From positions 16,864,001 through 16,928,000 of the forward strand of contig OX597839.1 in NCBI GenBank assembly GCA_951406725.2: a stretch of 64,000 nucleotides of DNA. The letters are read 5' to 3'. Position numbers and translations under genes: made by a program. Below, one piece after another: positions 41,842 through 55,248 of this stretch. The notes beneath the pieces are model-generated. The model was not told the origin of the DNA. It did not search any database and saw nothing but the letters and a program-made list of their open reading frames with translations. The DNA is from Octopus vulgaris. Taxonomy: Eukaryota. The number at the start of each line of letters is the position of its first letter. The stretch's first letter is position 1.

Positions 41842-44796
41842 AAATAATAACTTAGAAAGGTTTTGGCCAGTATTGGTCCAGGCCATGCCTAACTTAATAG
41901 CACCACCTGGCGAAGTCTTTCAATTCAGGATTTGGGCACCAAAGCCCATTCGAGCAGAGTGTCATTGTTTGAGGAGACATAGCCAGGTGTGGGTGGTTTG
42001 TCCGGGACTGTTTGAAGGAATTTGTCCAAAGACTTCTTGAATTTTGTGTGGTCAGTTTCTGTTTTGACGTGTCCTGGTGTGATGTTGAAGAGAAAGGGTC
42101 CAATTGAGGTGAAATAAATGTGCCGTATTGTTGTTATGAGATGCGATTTAGATTTTTGTTGTGGACAGATGGCACGGGGTCCAAGTCTTGGATGTATATT
42201 GAAGGTGATACCAACATCATTTGGACAGTGCTGATGGAATATTTTCCACATCATACTGATAATGTAGCGTTCACGGTGTCGTTGGAGTGAATACAGTTTC
42301 AGCTTTTCCAGTCGACCCCAGTAGTCAAGGTCTGACATGTCATCTATCTTTTTCGTGATTGACCTTTGGGGAGCTTCAACTTTCATAATATTCCGTTTCG
42401 TGTAGGGAGACCACAGTGGACAGCAGTATTCAAGGTGAGGTCGGGCAAAAGTGGAGAAGAGAAGGAGAATGGTGTGGGAATCTCTCGACTGGAAGGTTCT
42501 GAGAATCCAGGAGCACTTTCTGCTGGCCATGTCAACTTTGCTGCTTATATGTGTAGCCCAGCTTATGTTGTTGTCCACAGTTACTCCCAAGTCTCTGATG
42601 TTGTTAGACGCCATGAGAGTTTCACCAGAAGGAAGGGAGTTTCAGAGCGTCCTCCTTTTCAAAGTCGATCAATTCAAATTTGTCTTCGTTTAGCAACATG
42701 TTTTTCTTTTCCGCCCATTGGACAACAGCCAGTAGGTCTGACTGAAGGTTTATCTGGTCAGCCACGCCATTGATGACCTTCTGGAGCTTGGAATCATCAG
42801 CGAAGATTCTGATGTTACTGTTTTTGATGATGTCAGTGATGTCATTAATGTAGATGATGAAGAGAAGTGGGCCCAACACAGTGCTTTGTGGGACACCACT
42901 ACTAACTTTGGCTGGGCTGGATTTGACTCCTTCGACTACAACATGTTGGGTTCTGTTAGACAGGAAGCACTTGATCCACTGCAGCAGCTTTCCAGTGACA
43001 CCAATATTGGACAGCTTTCTCAAAAGGATCTTATGATCAACCCTGTCAAAGGCCTTGCTGAAATCAAGGTAGATAACATCAGTGTTGGAACCCTCTCCCA
43101 AGGCTCTCAAAATGTCATCGAAGTGATGCAGTAGCTGCGTCAGGCAATCCCTTCTATTACGGAATCCATGCTGGTTGGAGTTCAGCATATTATGACTCTC
43201 AAGGAAGTGAGTCATGCGCGATCTCACCACTCTCTCAAATACCTTAATGATATGAGAGGTGAGTGAGATTGGACGGTAATTCACGGCAAGGGATTTGTTT
43301 CCTTTTTGAAAACTGGGACAACAGACTGGGATAGAAGGTTTTCTGGTATATATCCAGCATCCAGTGAGTTCCGCCACAGATTGGCTAGAGGGGGTGCAAG
43401 TTGGTGTTGACACATCTTCAAGACACAAGCAGGGAACCTATCGGGACCTACTGCTGAATTATGCTTCATTTCCTTTATTGCTACTAAGACATCAGTAGTG
43501 CCAAAGGTTATGTCCGATAAAGTGTATTGGGGAGTAACATCAGTGATACAGCCCAGATCAGTCATATCAGGATTGCTGAAAACAGAGCAATATTGTTTCT
43601 GCAATATCTCTCCCATGGTTTTGGCATTGTCTTGAAGAGTACCATTTTCATCAATCAGAGGGCCAACAGTAGAACCAGTGACTTTGTGTTTTTTTGCAAA
43701 TGAGAAGAACACTTTGGGATTAAGTTTGATCTTCTCAATGGCCCTGGCCTCTTCAGCTCTTCTCTGACTATTGATGATAAACATCATGTTGTTTTGGAGG
43801 CTATGTTTTTTAATCTCTAGTGACGTGATGGCAGTCAGGTTGGTGTGTTGCTGTTGACAGTATTTCAGCTTGTTGATTTTTTTGTTAATTCTTTTAATTT
43901 TCCTGATGAGAGTTTTTCTATTTCTAGGGATTCTGCACTTAGATTTGTTTGCAGATCTTAATGGGGTGTGTTTTGCACATATGTTCGTAATGGTGTCTAC
44001 AAATGACTGCCAGGACTTTTTGATTTTTTTGATGTTAGTGGGTGTGTATGTGTGTGTAAAGGACCAATCGACTTGTGCAAGATCATTACTGATCGCTTCC
44101 CAGTTTGCGTTGTGGAAATCCTTAGTGTCAAATGGATGGACAGGAGGGATGACGATTGTTTTGCATTTTGGCTGGTGAAATCTCAGATCACAGAGAACCA
44201 TGCCATGATCAGAGAGTAGAGTTTTCTCCACTGCAATATTGTGGATAGTGTCAGTGTGATTGCTGAAAATTAAGTCTACGATGCTTTTGTGATATCTCGT
44301 TGGTTCGAGCACCAGTTGGGACAGGAAGAAATCATCCATGAAATCATGAAGCGATTCAACTGCCTCCCTGTCAGGGGTTGAGACAGAAGAACCTAGCGGC
44401 AGACTGTTTGTAGACCAGTCAACTCCAGGGAGATTGAAGTCCCCCATCATTAAGATGTTGTTAGATTGATACTGCTGAATGAAACACTTTATGTTATTGA
44501 GGCATTCCTTGAAGCATGGTAGGGGCGTTTGGGGTGGTCTGTAGAGCCCAACTACTATTAAGGTGTTGGTTTGACTGAATACAGCGACTGCTTCGCAGTA
44601 TCCATTGGAAAATATGTTCATAGCCTCTGTTGAGAAAGAATCATGAACATAAATGGCAGTCCCACCCTTTCTTCTGCCAGCACGATCAGCACGAATGGCT
44701 TTGAAATTTTTAACTTTTACCTCGGCTTCCAAGTGGAGGTTACTAAGATGGGTTTCGGTGAGGACGAAGAAAGGGATGTGGTTTGGATGGGCATCA

Positions 44797-44798
<2 letters not shown>
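41842..44798 (-). mobile_element. CR1-group LINE with nearly complete ORF2 (APE + RT), two frameshifts
   Basis: LTETHL, GGTAIYV, MGDFN, DLIF and SDH (APE); [22 protein letters not shown] and FADD (RT); RPHLEYCCPLWSP; spread over three overlapping ORFs. Confidence 0.95.
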
Positions 44799-44839
<41 letters not shown>

Positions 44840-44928
44840 GTATGTATGTATATGTATATATATATAAATGTGTGTATTTATATATATCAATATATATATA
44901 TAAATTTGTGTATATATATATATCTATA

Positions 44929-44971
<43 letters not shown>

Positions 44972-45020
44972 GCATATATATATATATATATACATGCATA
45001 TATATACAGTATATATATAT

Positions 45021-45172
45021 AAAACTTAGATATGTTTCAACCAGAGATTGGTCCAGACCATGTCTAACTTAATAGCGCCACCTGATGGGATTATCTAAAT
45101 CCTTTTAAGTCAAGTTTTGTGGCATTATGGTCCATTCAAGTAATGAGTTCTTGTTGAGTGAGTTGGATTTTT
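45021..45172 (-). mobile_element. 3' end of a related CR1-group LINE subfamily
   Basis: NKNSLLEW versus NDTLLEW; CAGGTGG.GCTATTAAGTTAG.CATGG.CTGGACCAAT shared with 41870-41910. Confidence 0.8.
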
Positions 45173-45452
45173 ATCCTCATAGTATTTTTTGGTACATAAA
45201 ATTATTATCTGTTATTATATATCTGTTTCTTTTATAAACATAAATTTGTCCTGAAATATCTTACGCACCCTGTATATATACATATGCATGAATGTATACA
45301 TAAGCACTTGTTCATTTTGATTTGCATGCTTGCTTGTATGTGTAACAGTTTCATGTACATGCACATGTAATTTGTGTACTGTATTGACACAATTGGACAC
45401 CCACATTGTTCATGACTTGCTCACAATGCCTGAGACTAATCAGGTACCTAAC

Positions 45453-45696
45453 GAGCCAGCAGAAAAGATGGCGAGCCGGCAGAAACGTTAGCACGCCGGG
45501 CGGAATGCGTTGCCGTATTTCGTCTGCCGTTACGTTCTGAGTTCAAATTCCGCTGAAGTCGACTTTGCCTTTCATCCTTTCGGGGTCGATAAATTAAGTA
45601 CCAGTTACGCACTGGGGTCGATGTAATCGACTTAATACCTATGTCTGTCCTTGTTTGTCCCCTCTATGTCTAGCCACTTGTGGGTAACAAAGAAAT
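45453..45696 (+). mobile_element. Young tRNA-derived SINE (Meta/MESC-like core) with 11-bp target site duplication
   Basis: CpG-rich; B box GAGTTCAAATTCC; GCCTTTCATCCTTTCGGGGTCGATAAA core; AGGTACCTAAC at 45442-45452 and 45697-45707. Confidence 0.9.
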
Positions 45697-45950
45697 AGGT
45701 ACCTAACTAGGCATGACAATCTTTTGACCACACACGAAGAGAAGACAGACTCAAAACTAAACACACAATATATCACATTTATATATATATGTGCATATGT
45801 GTGTGTGTGTAGATCATGTGATTGACCAGACTATCAGATGTGGTTATACATCGTTGGTCACAATGCACTTTTCAGCTTTTGAATGATGCCAACCTGCTGG
45901 CTGAGCAAGCAGGCCAACATTCTCTCTGATTTGTCCGTCAGAGAGTTACC

Positions 45951-46100
45951 TATTTACATTATTTACATTAGACAAATATTTGTCCTCATCTTGTTTGTTG
46001 TTAACACAACGTTTTGGCTGATATACCCTCCAGCCTTCATCAGGCGTCTTGGGGAAATTTCAAACCTGGGTTCTCATTCTTAAGGTATTTTTCTATCTTA

Positions 46101-46142
<42 letters not shown>

Positions 46143-46447
46143 TCACTGCCTGGAATCGAACTTGGAATCTTGGGGTTAGTAGTCCACGCTCTTAACCACT
46201 AATCCATATGCCTGTAGCATAGTGGTTAAGAGCTCAGGCTATTAACCCCAGGATTCCAAGTTCGATTCCAGGCAGTGAACTGAATAATAATAATAACAAT
46301 AACATCGAAAAATACCTTAGGAATGAGAACCCAGGTTCGAAATTTCCCCAAGATGCCCGATGAAGGCTGGAAGGTATATTAGCCAAAACATTGTGTTAAC
46401 AACAAATAAGATGAGGACAAATATCCGTGAATTGTAAATAATGTAAA
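45951..46447. mobile_element. ~500-bp palindrome: head-to-head pair of [tRNA-like head, (AAT)n, hammerhead-like core]
   Basis: Arms are reverse complements around 46200-46218; TAGTGGTTAAG and GTTCGATTCC boxes; CTGATGA(A)GGCTG-N10-CAGCC-AAAAC. Confidence 0.7.
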
Positions 46448-47262
46448 GAAGAGGATTAGTCATCGAAGTGTTCTACTTTGACTGAAATGCCTGTTTTTGT
46501 TGTCCCTGATTGCTAAGGTGTTGTTTGTAAGACTCACTGTTGGTCTCTACAATCCCATTTTGTAATATTTCATATATGTCATGATGAAGATGATGATGAT
46601 AACGAGGACGATGAAGATGATGAGGATGATTTGATGATGTTGGTGGTGATGATGACAATGAGGATGATGATAATGAAGATGATGTTGATAAGATGGTGAT
46701 TATGATGACAATGATGTTGATTGCAAATATGATGATTATGATGATGATGATGATTGGTATAATGGTAGTGATGATGATGATGATGATGATTGGTATAATG
46801 GTAGTGATGATGATGATGATGATGACGATGTTGACAAAACTGTTGATAAATTAGTACTGATTCATGTCCATATAATCAGGTAATATTGTATTAACCCCAC
46901 AATACACTGCCCCTCAACCCCACCGACCCCAACCCCGTTTAACAAAAAAGGAGAAATTCAATTGAAATAAGAGCAATAAAGGAAATGGCTTATATGTTGG
47001 CCCTGGAGGGGGAGTAAAATGGTCTTAATTTTTTAAGAGATTAGTTTGGACTATTGTGAAGCCCTAACAAGCAACAATGAATATGTGTTTTTGTATGTGT
47101 GTATATTCATTTATGCATGATAATCTATATATGTTATACATCAACATCATTATCCTCAATCAGCATCATCATAATCATCGTCATTGTCATCATCATCACC
47201 AAACATCATCATTGTCATCATCATCATCACCAACTTGCTGCTTTTACTTGTAAAGCTGCAGT

Positions 47263-47478
47263 TCTTTCAAATTTTGGTAAAAGGCTAATAGTTTTGAGGA
47301 GAGGGGTAAGTTGATTACATTGACCCTACTTTTCAACTGGTTCCATTTTATCGCTCCCAAAAAGGATGAAATGCAAAGTCAACCTTGGTGGAATTTGAAC
47401 TCACAATGTAGAGCCAGAGGAAATGTTTCTAATCATTTTGTCCCAAACCATTAATGGTTCTGCCACCTTGCTGCTTAA
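47263..47478 (-). mobile_element. tRNA-derived SINE (Meta/MESC-like core)
   Basis: Homologous to 5583-5765. Confidence 0.7.
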
Positions 47479-49563
47479 TCAACATCATCATCACCATCAT
47501 CATCATCATCATCATCATCACCATCACCATCACCATCATCATCATCATCATCACCACCACCACCACCACTGGAACAATGTATAATACAATACCCATTCAA
47601 CGCTTCTAAAAAATAAATATAATTTTGCTTATATTTATGTTGTTACTGCATTTCAAAAATTTTTTAAAGAAACTATTTATTTAGTGCTTAAATTTGATGG
47701 AGATTGTTGTCAGTGGGCAGTTTAGCTTAATGGTAAAGTACACAGCTGGTCTCTGAGAAACACGGGTTCAAGTCCCATAGTTGTTTGTTGACAACTTTTT
47801 TCCATCTTCCAAGGGTAATAATATCCAGTTTTTCTGCTGTCTTCATGGTGATACTGCGTTCGAAATATTACTTTCTTGTCTGTGAAATGAAGTGTTTTGC
47901 TCAAGAACACAATGTGTTGCTTGGTCCAGGAATCAAAATCACGATCTTATGATCACGAGTCGAACATGCTAACCATTATGCCATGTGCCTCCACTCTAGG
48001 AGTGGTGACCTAGATGGGCCCAGCTCCCTTAAACTCTCCGGAACTAACAGGCCAAAGCACTTGCTGACCAGTGGTTCTTCCTTTGTTGATTTCTCCTGCT
48101 GGCCGCTTGTGTCATTGCAAGCTTCTACTTACTATATGCATTCGTCTGTTTTTTTTTTTTTTTTTTATATCTTTTCTTTCTTTCTCTTAAAAGTATTTGA
48201 ACTAAAGAAAAAAAAACCTAACAGTTAAGATTAAATGTTATGAGAAAATGTTAACCAGATGCAATAATATAATAATGTTGAGAATTTAACTTTGTTAAAA
48301 TAATTAAATGTCTGTCTCTAACATTAATACATCTTCAGTTACCCACCATGACCACCACCACCTACCTCACTGCAAACATAAAAAATATTTTAAAGTATCT
48401 TAGTCGGTATTGTTGTGGCTTTTTTTTCTTGTTTCTGTTGATATTTTCATTGATGCTACAGTTGTATTATGCTTAATGTGTGTGTGCGTGTGTGTGTGTG
48501 TTAGTGTGTGTGTGTGCAGTGTGTATATATGTATATATTCATGTATGTATGCATGTCTGTTGATATATATGAATGTATGTACACAGACACAAAAACATAT
48601 GTAAATGTATGTAGATAGTTATATAGATGTATAAATAAACATATGCATAGAAATATACATATATATACTCACATGTGTGTGTGTGTGTGTGTATTAGCAA
48701 GTATCCATACATACACACACATATTTTTATATGTATATGTGTGTGTTTATATTTATATATGTGTGTGTGTGTGTGTGTGTACACACACATATGCATATAT
48801 GGAATCATGATTAGTCATAAATTGGAAATTTATGATAATAATGATGCAGCATTCCATGTGCACATTACTATGATAGCAACAATGTGCAAACAACTCGGTA
48901 GATTCTGAGATCATTCAGATGAAGGGGAGAGGAGAACATGTTGATCCTGTGGAGAACATTTGTTCCCAGTTGCCTGGTCTGTTGCTCCCCATTATAGTCA
49001 TTCCATAGCACCAAACTAAGTTGATGACAATCGAATGCTGTGCAACCAATGCAACTGGAAGAGGCCAAAACAACTGAGAATCATCTTCCTACAATGTAAA
49101 GCTATGTAAAGGTATATGTATGTATGTGTGTGTGTGTGTATGTGTGTGTATGTGTGTGTATGTATGTGTGTATGTATGTATGTGAGTGAGTATGTCATTA
49201 TTCAGTTTTATTTTAAGATTTCTTGCCAGTAGAAAAAGAGCCTGTTTCTAATCTAGATCCAAGGCTCCTTCATTGGAATTTCAACATCAATAACAGGGTA
49301 TTTTGTTATGTAAGTATCTATGCATGCATGCATGTATTTATGTATGTATGTATGTATGTATGTATGTATGTATGTATGTATGTATGTATGTATGTATGTA
49401 TGTATGCATGTATTATGTATGTAGCTATGTATGTATGTGTTTATATATATATAAATTCAATTAGAGATTGTGTTAATATATAAATATGCATATACACACA
49501 TACATCTACATACATATATACATATATTCATACATGTATACATACATATAATAAATATATATA

Positions 49564-49842
49564 TCGTGTCCGTTGCCAGCCTCGCCTGGCCCTCGTGCCG
49601 GTGGCACATAAAAAGCACCATCCGTTCGTGGCCGTTTGCCAGCTCTGTCTGGCACCAGTGCGGGTGGCATGTAAAAAGCACCCACTACACTCACGGAGTG
49701 GTTGGCGTTAGGAAGGGCATCCAGCCGTAGAAACACTGCCAGATTTGACTGGGCCTGATGAAGCCTTCTGGCTTCACAGACCCCAGTAGAACCGTCCAAC
49801 CCATGCTAGCATGGAAAACGGACGCTAAACGATGATGATGAT
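49564..49842 (+). mobile_element. RTE LINE 3' UTR fragment with (GAT)n tail
   Basis: Near reverse complement of 18794-19066; TA-rich flanks. Confidence 0.9.
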
Positions 49843-50159
49843 ATAAATATACAATATATATTATATATATATATTTGGTTAATGAGAGAGACGAAAGATG
49901 GAAAATATGAGAATATTTATTAAACACTAATATTCACCCAAAGAGACACATCTGCTCCAATGGATGTTCCTGAACCAGTTCAGTATCCTACCCATGAGGG
50001 ATCGATTCTAAATGGTTGAAACAATTCTAGTGATTAATAAATAAGATAAATAAATGAATTATGGCAAATTAAATAAAAATACAAACATGTGTAAATCTAC
50101 CAACTGCCATCAAACAGTAACAGACTAATAATTAAACAGCCTTCCTACCATTCCAAAAC

Positions 50160-50862
50160 TTTAGGGCTCTAACCATAAATGTAGGCATGGTGAAAGGTCC
50201 AATGAGATTGTAGAATTGCAAAAGTGAAGACAAGTAGATGTGTGCTGTGTGCAAGAAGTAAGAGGGAAACGATCCTCAATAAAAGTCCTCGCAGGTAAGA
50301 GACATCATCATCATTTATTCCCCGTTATCCATGTTGCCATGGGTTGGAAGGTTTGACTGGGCTGGCATACCGGAAGGCTGCACCAGGCTCCAGTCTGATT
50401 TGGCATGGTTTTCTATGGCTGGGTGCCCTTCCTAATGCCAACCACTCTGAGAGTGTAATGGGTATTTTTACATGCCAATTGCATGAGCAATGCAAATTCT
50501 TCTGAAAGAGTAATAATGAAAGCAGGGGTGCATTAAGCATACTTTTAGCTGAGAAATCAGTTGATAAAATAATTGTCAGGGCTAGGGCATGCACTGGAAT
50601 AATGAAATTGAGATTAGCTATAGACAACTCAATGGCAACAGTCATCTTTCCATATGTCCTACTGGCAGAATTGACTGAAAAACTGCTTCTATGAGACCCT
50701 TTAGTTAACTACCTCAATGATGACTGATAGTTATTTCATCGTTGGGGCTGGTAACTTCAATGGACATGATGGTGAATGTGTTGATGGCTTCTGTAACATA
50801 GATGGAGACTGTGGATGTGGTTAAAAAATGAGGAGAGTGTAAGGTTTCTGGCGTTTTGTGAT
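50160..50862 (+). pseudogene. Old RTE APE endonuclease relic interrupted by a younger RTE-type tail (50303-50490, minus)
   Basis: Manual translation: TINVG, VDVCCVQEVR, ILLAEK.VDK, AGNFNGH and NEE..RFLAFCD, with stops and frameshifts. Confidence 0.75.
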
Positions 50863-52277
50863 GGTGGTTAGTAGTTAGGGTGGTTGTGGTGTTGGTGATA
50901 GTGTTGATGGTGGTGATGGTTTTGGTGGTTGTGATTATGGTGATGGTGATGGTGGTGATGATGTTGGTTGTTGTTGTGGTAGTGACATTGCTGATGGTTG
51001 TGGTGGCTGTGTGATGATTGTGGTGGTGGTAGTAATGGTTGTGGTGTTGATGATAGTGTTGATGGTGGTGATGGTGGTCATGATTGTACTGGTTGTGGTG
51101 ATGGTGGTGTGGTTTTTATTGATGGTGGAGGTTCTTGTTGGCAATGGTATAAATGAGAGGGGGATAATAAACTGATGGTGGGCGTGGCGGTAGTGGTTGT
51201 GGGAGTAGTGAAAGTGGTGGTAGTGGTAGTAGAGTACTTGTTAGTAATAGTGGAATTGGGAAGAAAGTGAGAGAAAGAAAGGAAGGGAGTTAAAGAGAGA
51301 GAAAAGGAGAGAAAGGAAGGGAGTTAAAGAGAAAGAGAGAGAGAGAAAAAGAGAGGAAGAGTAGTAGAGAGCAGAGTTATAGTTATGGTGATGGTGATAG
51401 GGAAGGCAGTTTAGGCATTACATTCGTTTTTCCAATATGTAGGTAAAACAAGAAATAAATGATCAGACAAAAAAATGGCAGCAAAAAAAATAAATAACTA
51501 AATAAAAAAGATTGGGTTATTTTCTCTTGTCAAAGGGAAAAAAAAATGAAAAAAAAAAATAACCATCACCACAACCACCAAAAAAAAAAAAAAGAACTTC
51601 AGAAAATACAAAAATCAAAAATAAAAATAAGAAAAACAAAAAGGGAGAAAAGACAAGAAAAAATAAAAACAACAAAAAACGTGAAAAAATAAAAATCCAG
51701 CAAAAACACAACAAATCGAAACAAAACAAAAGAACAAAATAACATTTAAAAATACAAACAGAAAATAAAGAAGTTTAAGATTTCTCTTCTTTTACTGTCT
51801 TTTTTTGCTGTATTCTGTTTTCTGTTTCTTGTCTGTAGTAGTAGCAGTAGTAGCAGCAGCAGCAACAGTAGTTGTTGTTGTTACTTCTGTTGTTGTCATC
51901 ATTGCTGTTGTTGTTGTGGCTGTTGTTGTTGCTGCTGTTGTATTTGTTGTTGATTTTGGAGTTGTCTTTTTTATCCTTAATCCCTTACTTGTTCCAGTCA
52001 TTGGACTGTGGCCATGATACAGCAATGCCTTGAAGGGTTTTTCTCGAACAAATCAATCCCAATAATGTTTTTCAGTCTGGTACTTATTCCATTAGTCTCT
52101 TTTGCTGACCCTCTAATTTACAGGGACATAAACAAACCAACACCATTTGTGAAGTGGTGGTAGGATACAAACACAAGCACACACATATGTACACACACAC
52201 ACACACACACACACATACACACATATTATACCACCTGTCTTTGTCTTTTGTTTTTTTTGTGAATTCTCTCTATATAT

Positions 52278-52699
52278 AGGTGCAGCTATGGCTGTGTGGT
52301 AAGAAGCTTGCTTCTCAACCATATTGTTCCAGGTTCAGTCCCACTATATGGAAACTTGGGCATATGTATGTATGTATATATATATTTATAACAATAATTA
52401 AGGGTTTAGCCACAAGTTTAGCTACAAAATATGACTCCATAGGTAACACTCTCTGCAACTCTCTGTACAGAGAGTGTTATCTATGGAGTCATATTTTGTA
52501 GCGAAAAGAAATAACGGTCTTTTGGCTGCTATTTCTAAATTTTTCAGTATGCGGTTAAGCAACTTGTTGCTAAACCCTTAATTATTGTTATAATTATATA
52601 TAAAACTTCTTGTATAAGTTTTTACCGAATATGGTTCGTTTCCATACTGAAACTACTTGGTGAAATTTATTAATTATAAATTAATAATTTTTTACCCTA

Positions 52700-52772
<73 letters not shown>

Positions 52773-52870
52773 GTCTGTGTGCTTTTGTGTCTGTGTTTGT
52801 CCCCCCTCCCATCACTGCTTGACAACTGGTGTTGGTGTGTTTACATCCCCATAACTTAAGCTTTGAAAAA
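52278..52870 (+). mobile_element. CORE-type SINE split by a palindromic insert and (TA)n
   Basis: Head AGGTGCAG.TATGGCTGTGTGGTAAG..GGTTCAGTCCC; downstream part at 52770-52860 matches 63796-63870. Confidence 0.55.
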
Positions 52871-53253
52871 ATAACGGTTAAAATCGAACTGCACTCTTCA
52901 AAACTTGCACTGAGAATAAATGCACAATGTAAAATTACTACCTGCTTTTATAGTAAGTTGATGCAGGTAGTTTATCCTGTCCCCCTCCGACTTTTAGTTT
53001 ATGCAATAGGAAAAAAAGCCACATTATTTATGGGATGACCCAATATGTGTGTGTCTGTGTGTGTGAGTATAAGCCATCTAAGAATCCATAAGTCAGGAAA
53101 AATATGCAGTCATCATATTTCTTTCTATAATGGCTACCTCTGATGAGCGCAGGGTCATATAATCGGACTGTTACCTAACACTCTGTCGAACCCCTAATGT
53201 GAAACTGATTAGTAGGATTGGCTGTAATACTGTACACTTCAGATAACACATAT

Positions 53254-53299
<46 letters not shown>

Positions 53300-53334
53300 A
53301 CACACACACACATACAAACATGCATAAATACATG

Positions 53335-53490
53335 GGAGAATGCCATGCAGTTTCCATGTACCAAATTCACTCACAAGGCATTGGTCAGCCTGTGGATATA
53401 GCCGAAGGCATTTGTCCAAGGTGCTGCACAGTAGGGCTGAACCCAAAACCACATGGTCACAAGCTAGCTTCTTAACCACTCAGCCAAGCA
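53335..53490 (-). mobile_element. CORE-type SINE, 5' part
   Basis: Homologous to 13310-13465. Confidence 0.7.
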
Positions 53491-54120
53491 CTCGGTTACA
53501 ATAATGGAAATTATATAGATTTTTTTGTTATTGTTGTTGATGGTTTTTTCCATCATTGCTTTTGTTATTGTTGTTGTTGTTGTTGTACCTGTTGCAGTTA
53601 TTGTTGTGGTAGTAGTGGAAATGTGGTCTCCCAGTACTTATGAATGCTCTTGATATTGATCATGTTGTTGTTGTTGCTGGCAGCGGTGGTGGTGGCGATA
53701 TTGAAAATGTTGATGTTAATGTTTAAGTTGCATTGTTGTACTTTTGATGACATTATTTGTTGCTGATGGTGATGATGCCGATGATGACAATTGTGATCAA
53801 GATCATGATCATAATGATAGTGATGATGATGATGATGTTTTTTCTCCTTCATCTTTACCTTTGTGTACATCATCATCATCATCATCTTCGTCAGCCTAAT
53901 TGTCACTGCATGATGATCATCACAGTATGATGGTGATCATAAGCATCCTCATCACCACTACTGCCACCTATACAACCATCAACATTACTACCACTACCAC
54001 ACACACACATACACACTCACACATACACACACATGTGTCTGTATATACACACACGTGTCTGTATATATGTATATATATATACAGACACACACACACGTGT
54101 CTGTATATATATATATATAG

Positions 54121-54165
<45 letters not shown>

Positions 54166-54961
54166 ACACACACACATCAGTACTACATCTGCTATCACCA
54201 CTACCACCACCACCACCACCACCACCACACCTATCACATCCAACACCACCACCACCTCCCCACCACCATCATCATCATCGACCATGGTAGCAGTGAGCTG
54301 CTGTCTCTCTCCCTCTTTTTTCCTTCATTTGTCCCATTATATATGTCTGTCTCTTCCTCTCTGTCCCTACCTCTCTTTCTCTCTCTCTCTTTCTCTCTTT
54401 TCCTCTCTCTCTCTCTTTCTCTCTTTCCCTCTCTCCCTCTCTTGTTCCTACCTCTATTTTCACATCTCCTCCTTAGCTTTCTGTTTTTTTTCTTACACAA
54501 TTATATGAAAAATAACTCGAGTAATTTGAAGTAATTTTTCAATTTTCAATGCACAGTTGATAGCTTTTAGTAGAAACATAGAAACCTACACAGAACAACA
54601 ACAATAACAACAACAACAATAACAACAACAACAACAACAATAATAATAATAATAATAATATTGGCTATACAAGAAATTGGTTCATTCATGGATATATATT
54701 CATGAGAGCTTTTGTGTTTTTGTCTTGTTTTGCTTGGTTTTATTTTTGTTTAATTTAATGTCTCATAGGTTACCTCAGTTTCAATGTCTTGTATTTTTGT
54801 GTATTTGTGTGTGAATATAAGTGTGTGTAAGTTACATGTGAGTGTGTGTGTGAATTATGTGTGTATGTATGTGTGTGGGTGTGTGTGTATATATATATAT
54901 ATATATAGACGTGTGTGTGTGTGTATATATATATATATACAGTTATATGCATATATAGATA

Positions 54962-55013
<52 letters not shown>

Positions 55014-55093
55014 CATATATATATATATGTATGTATGTATCTTTATCTATATATAAATATATATAGATATGTATGTTAGTGATTGTACATATA

Positions 55094-55135
<42 letters not shown>

Positions 55136-55248
55136 CATATACATCTATCAATTTATCTATATCAATCAAGCTATCTCTCTCTCTCTCTCTCTCTCTTACT
55201 GTATACATATGTATATATATATATATATATATACACACACAAACACAC

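Noticed and set aside
46140-46282. Two apparent tRNA genes
   Set aside because: Acceptor and arm pairing are poor and they lie in a repeat palindrome; treated as tRNA-derived heads
48850-49095. Non-repetitive-looking segment with a possible minus-strand acceptor site
   Set aside because: Short frame with no recognisable protein motif and no clear donor
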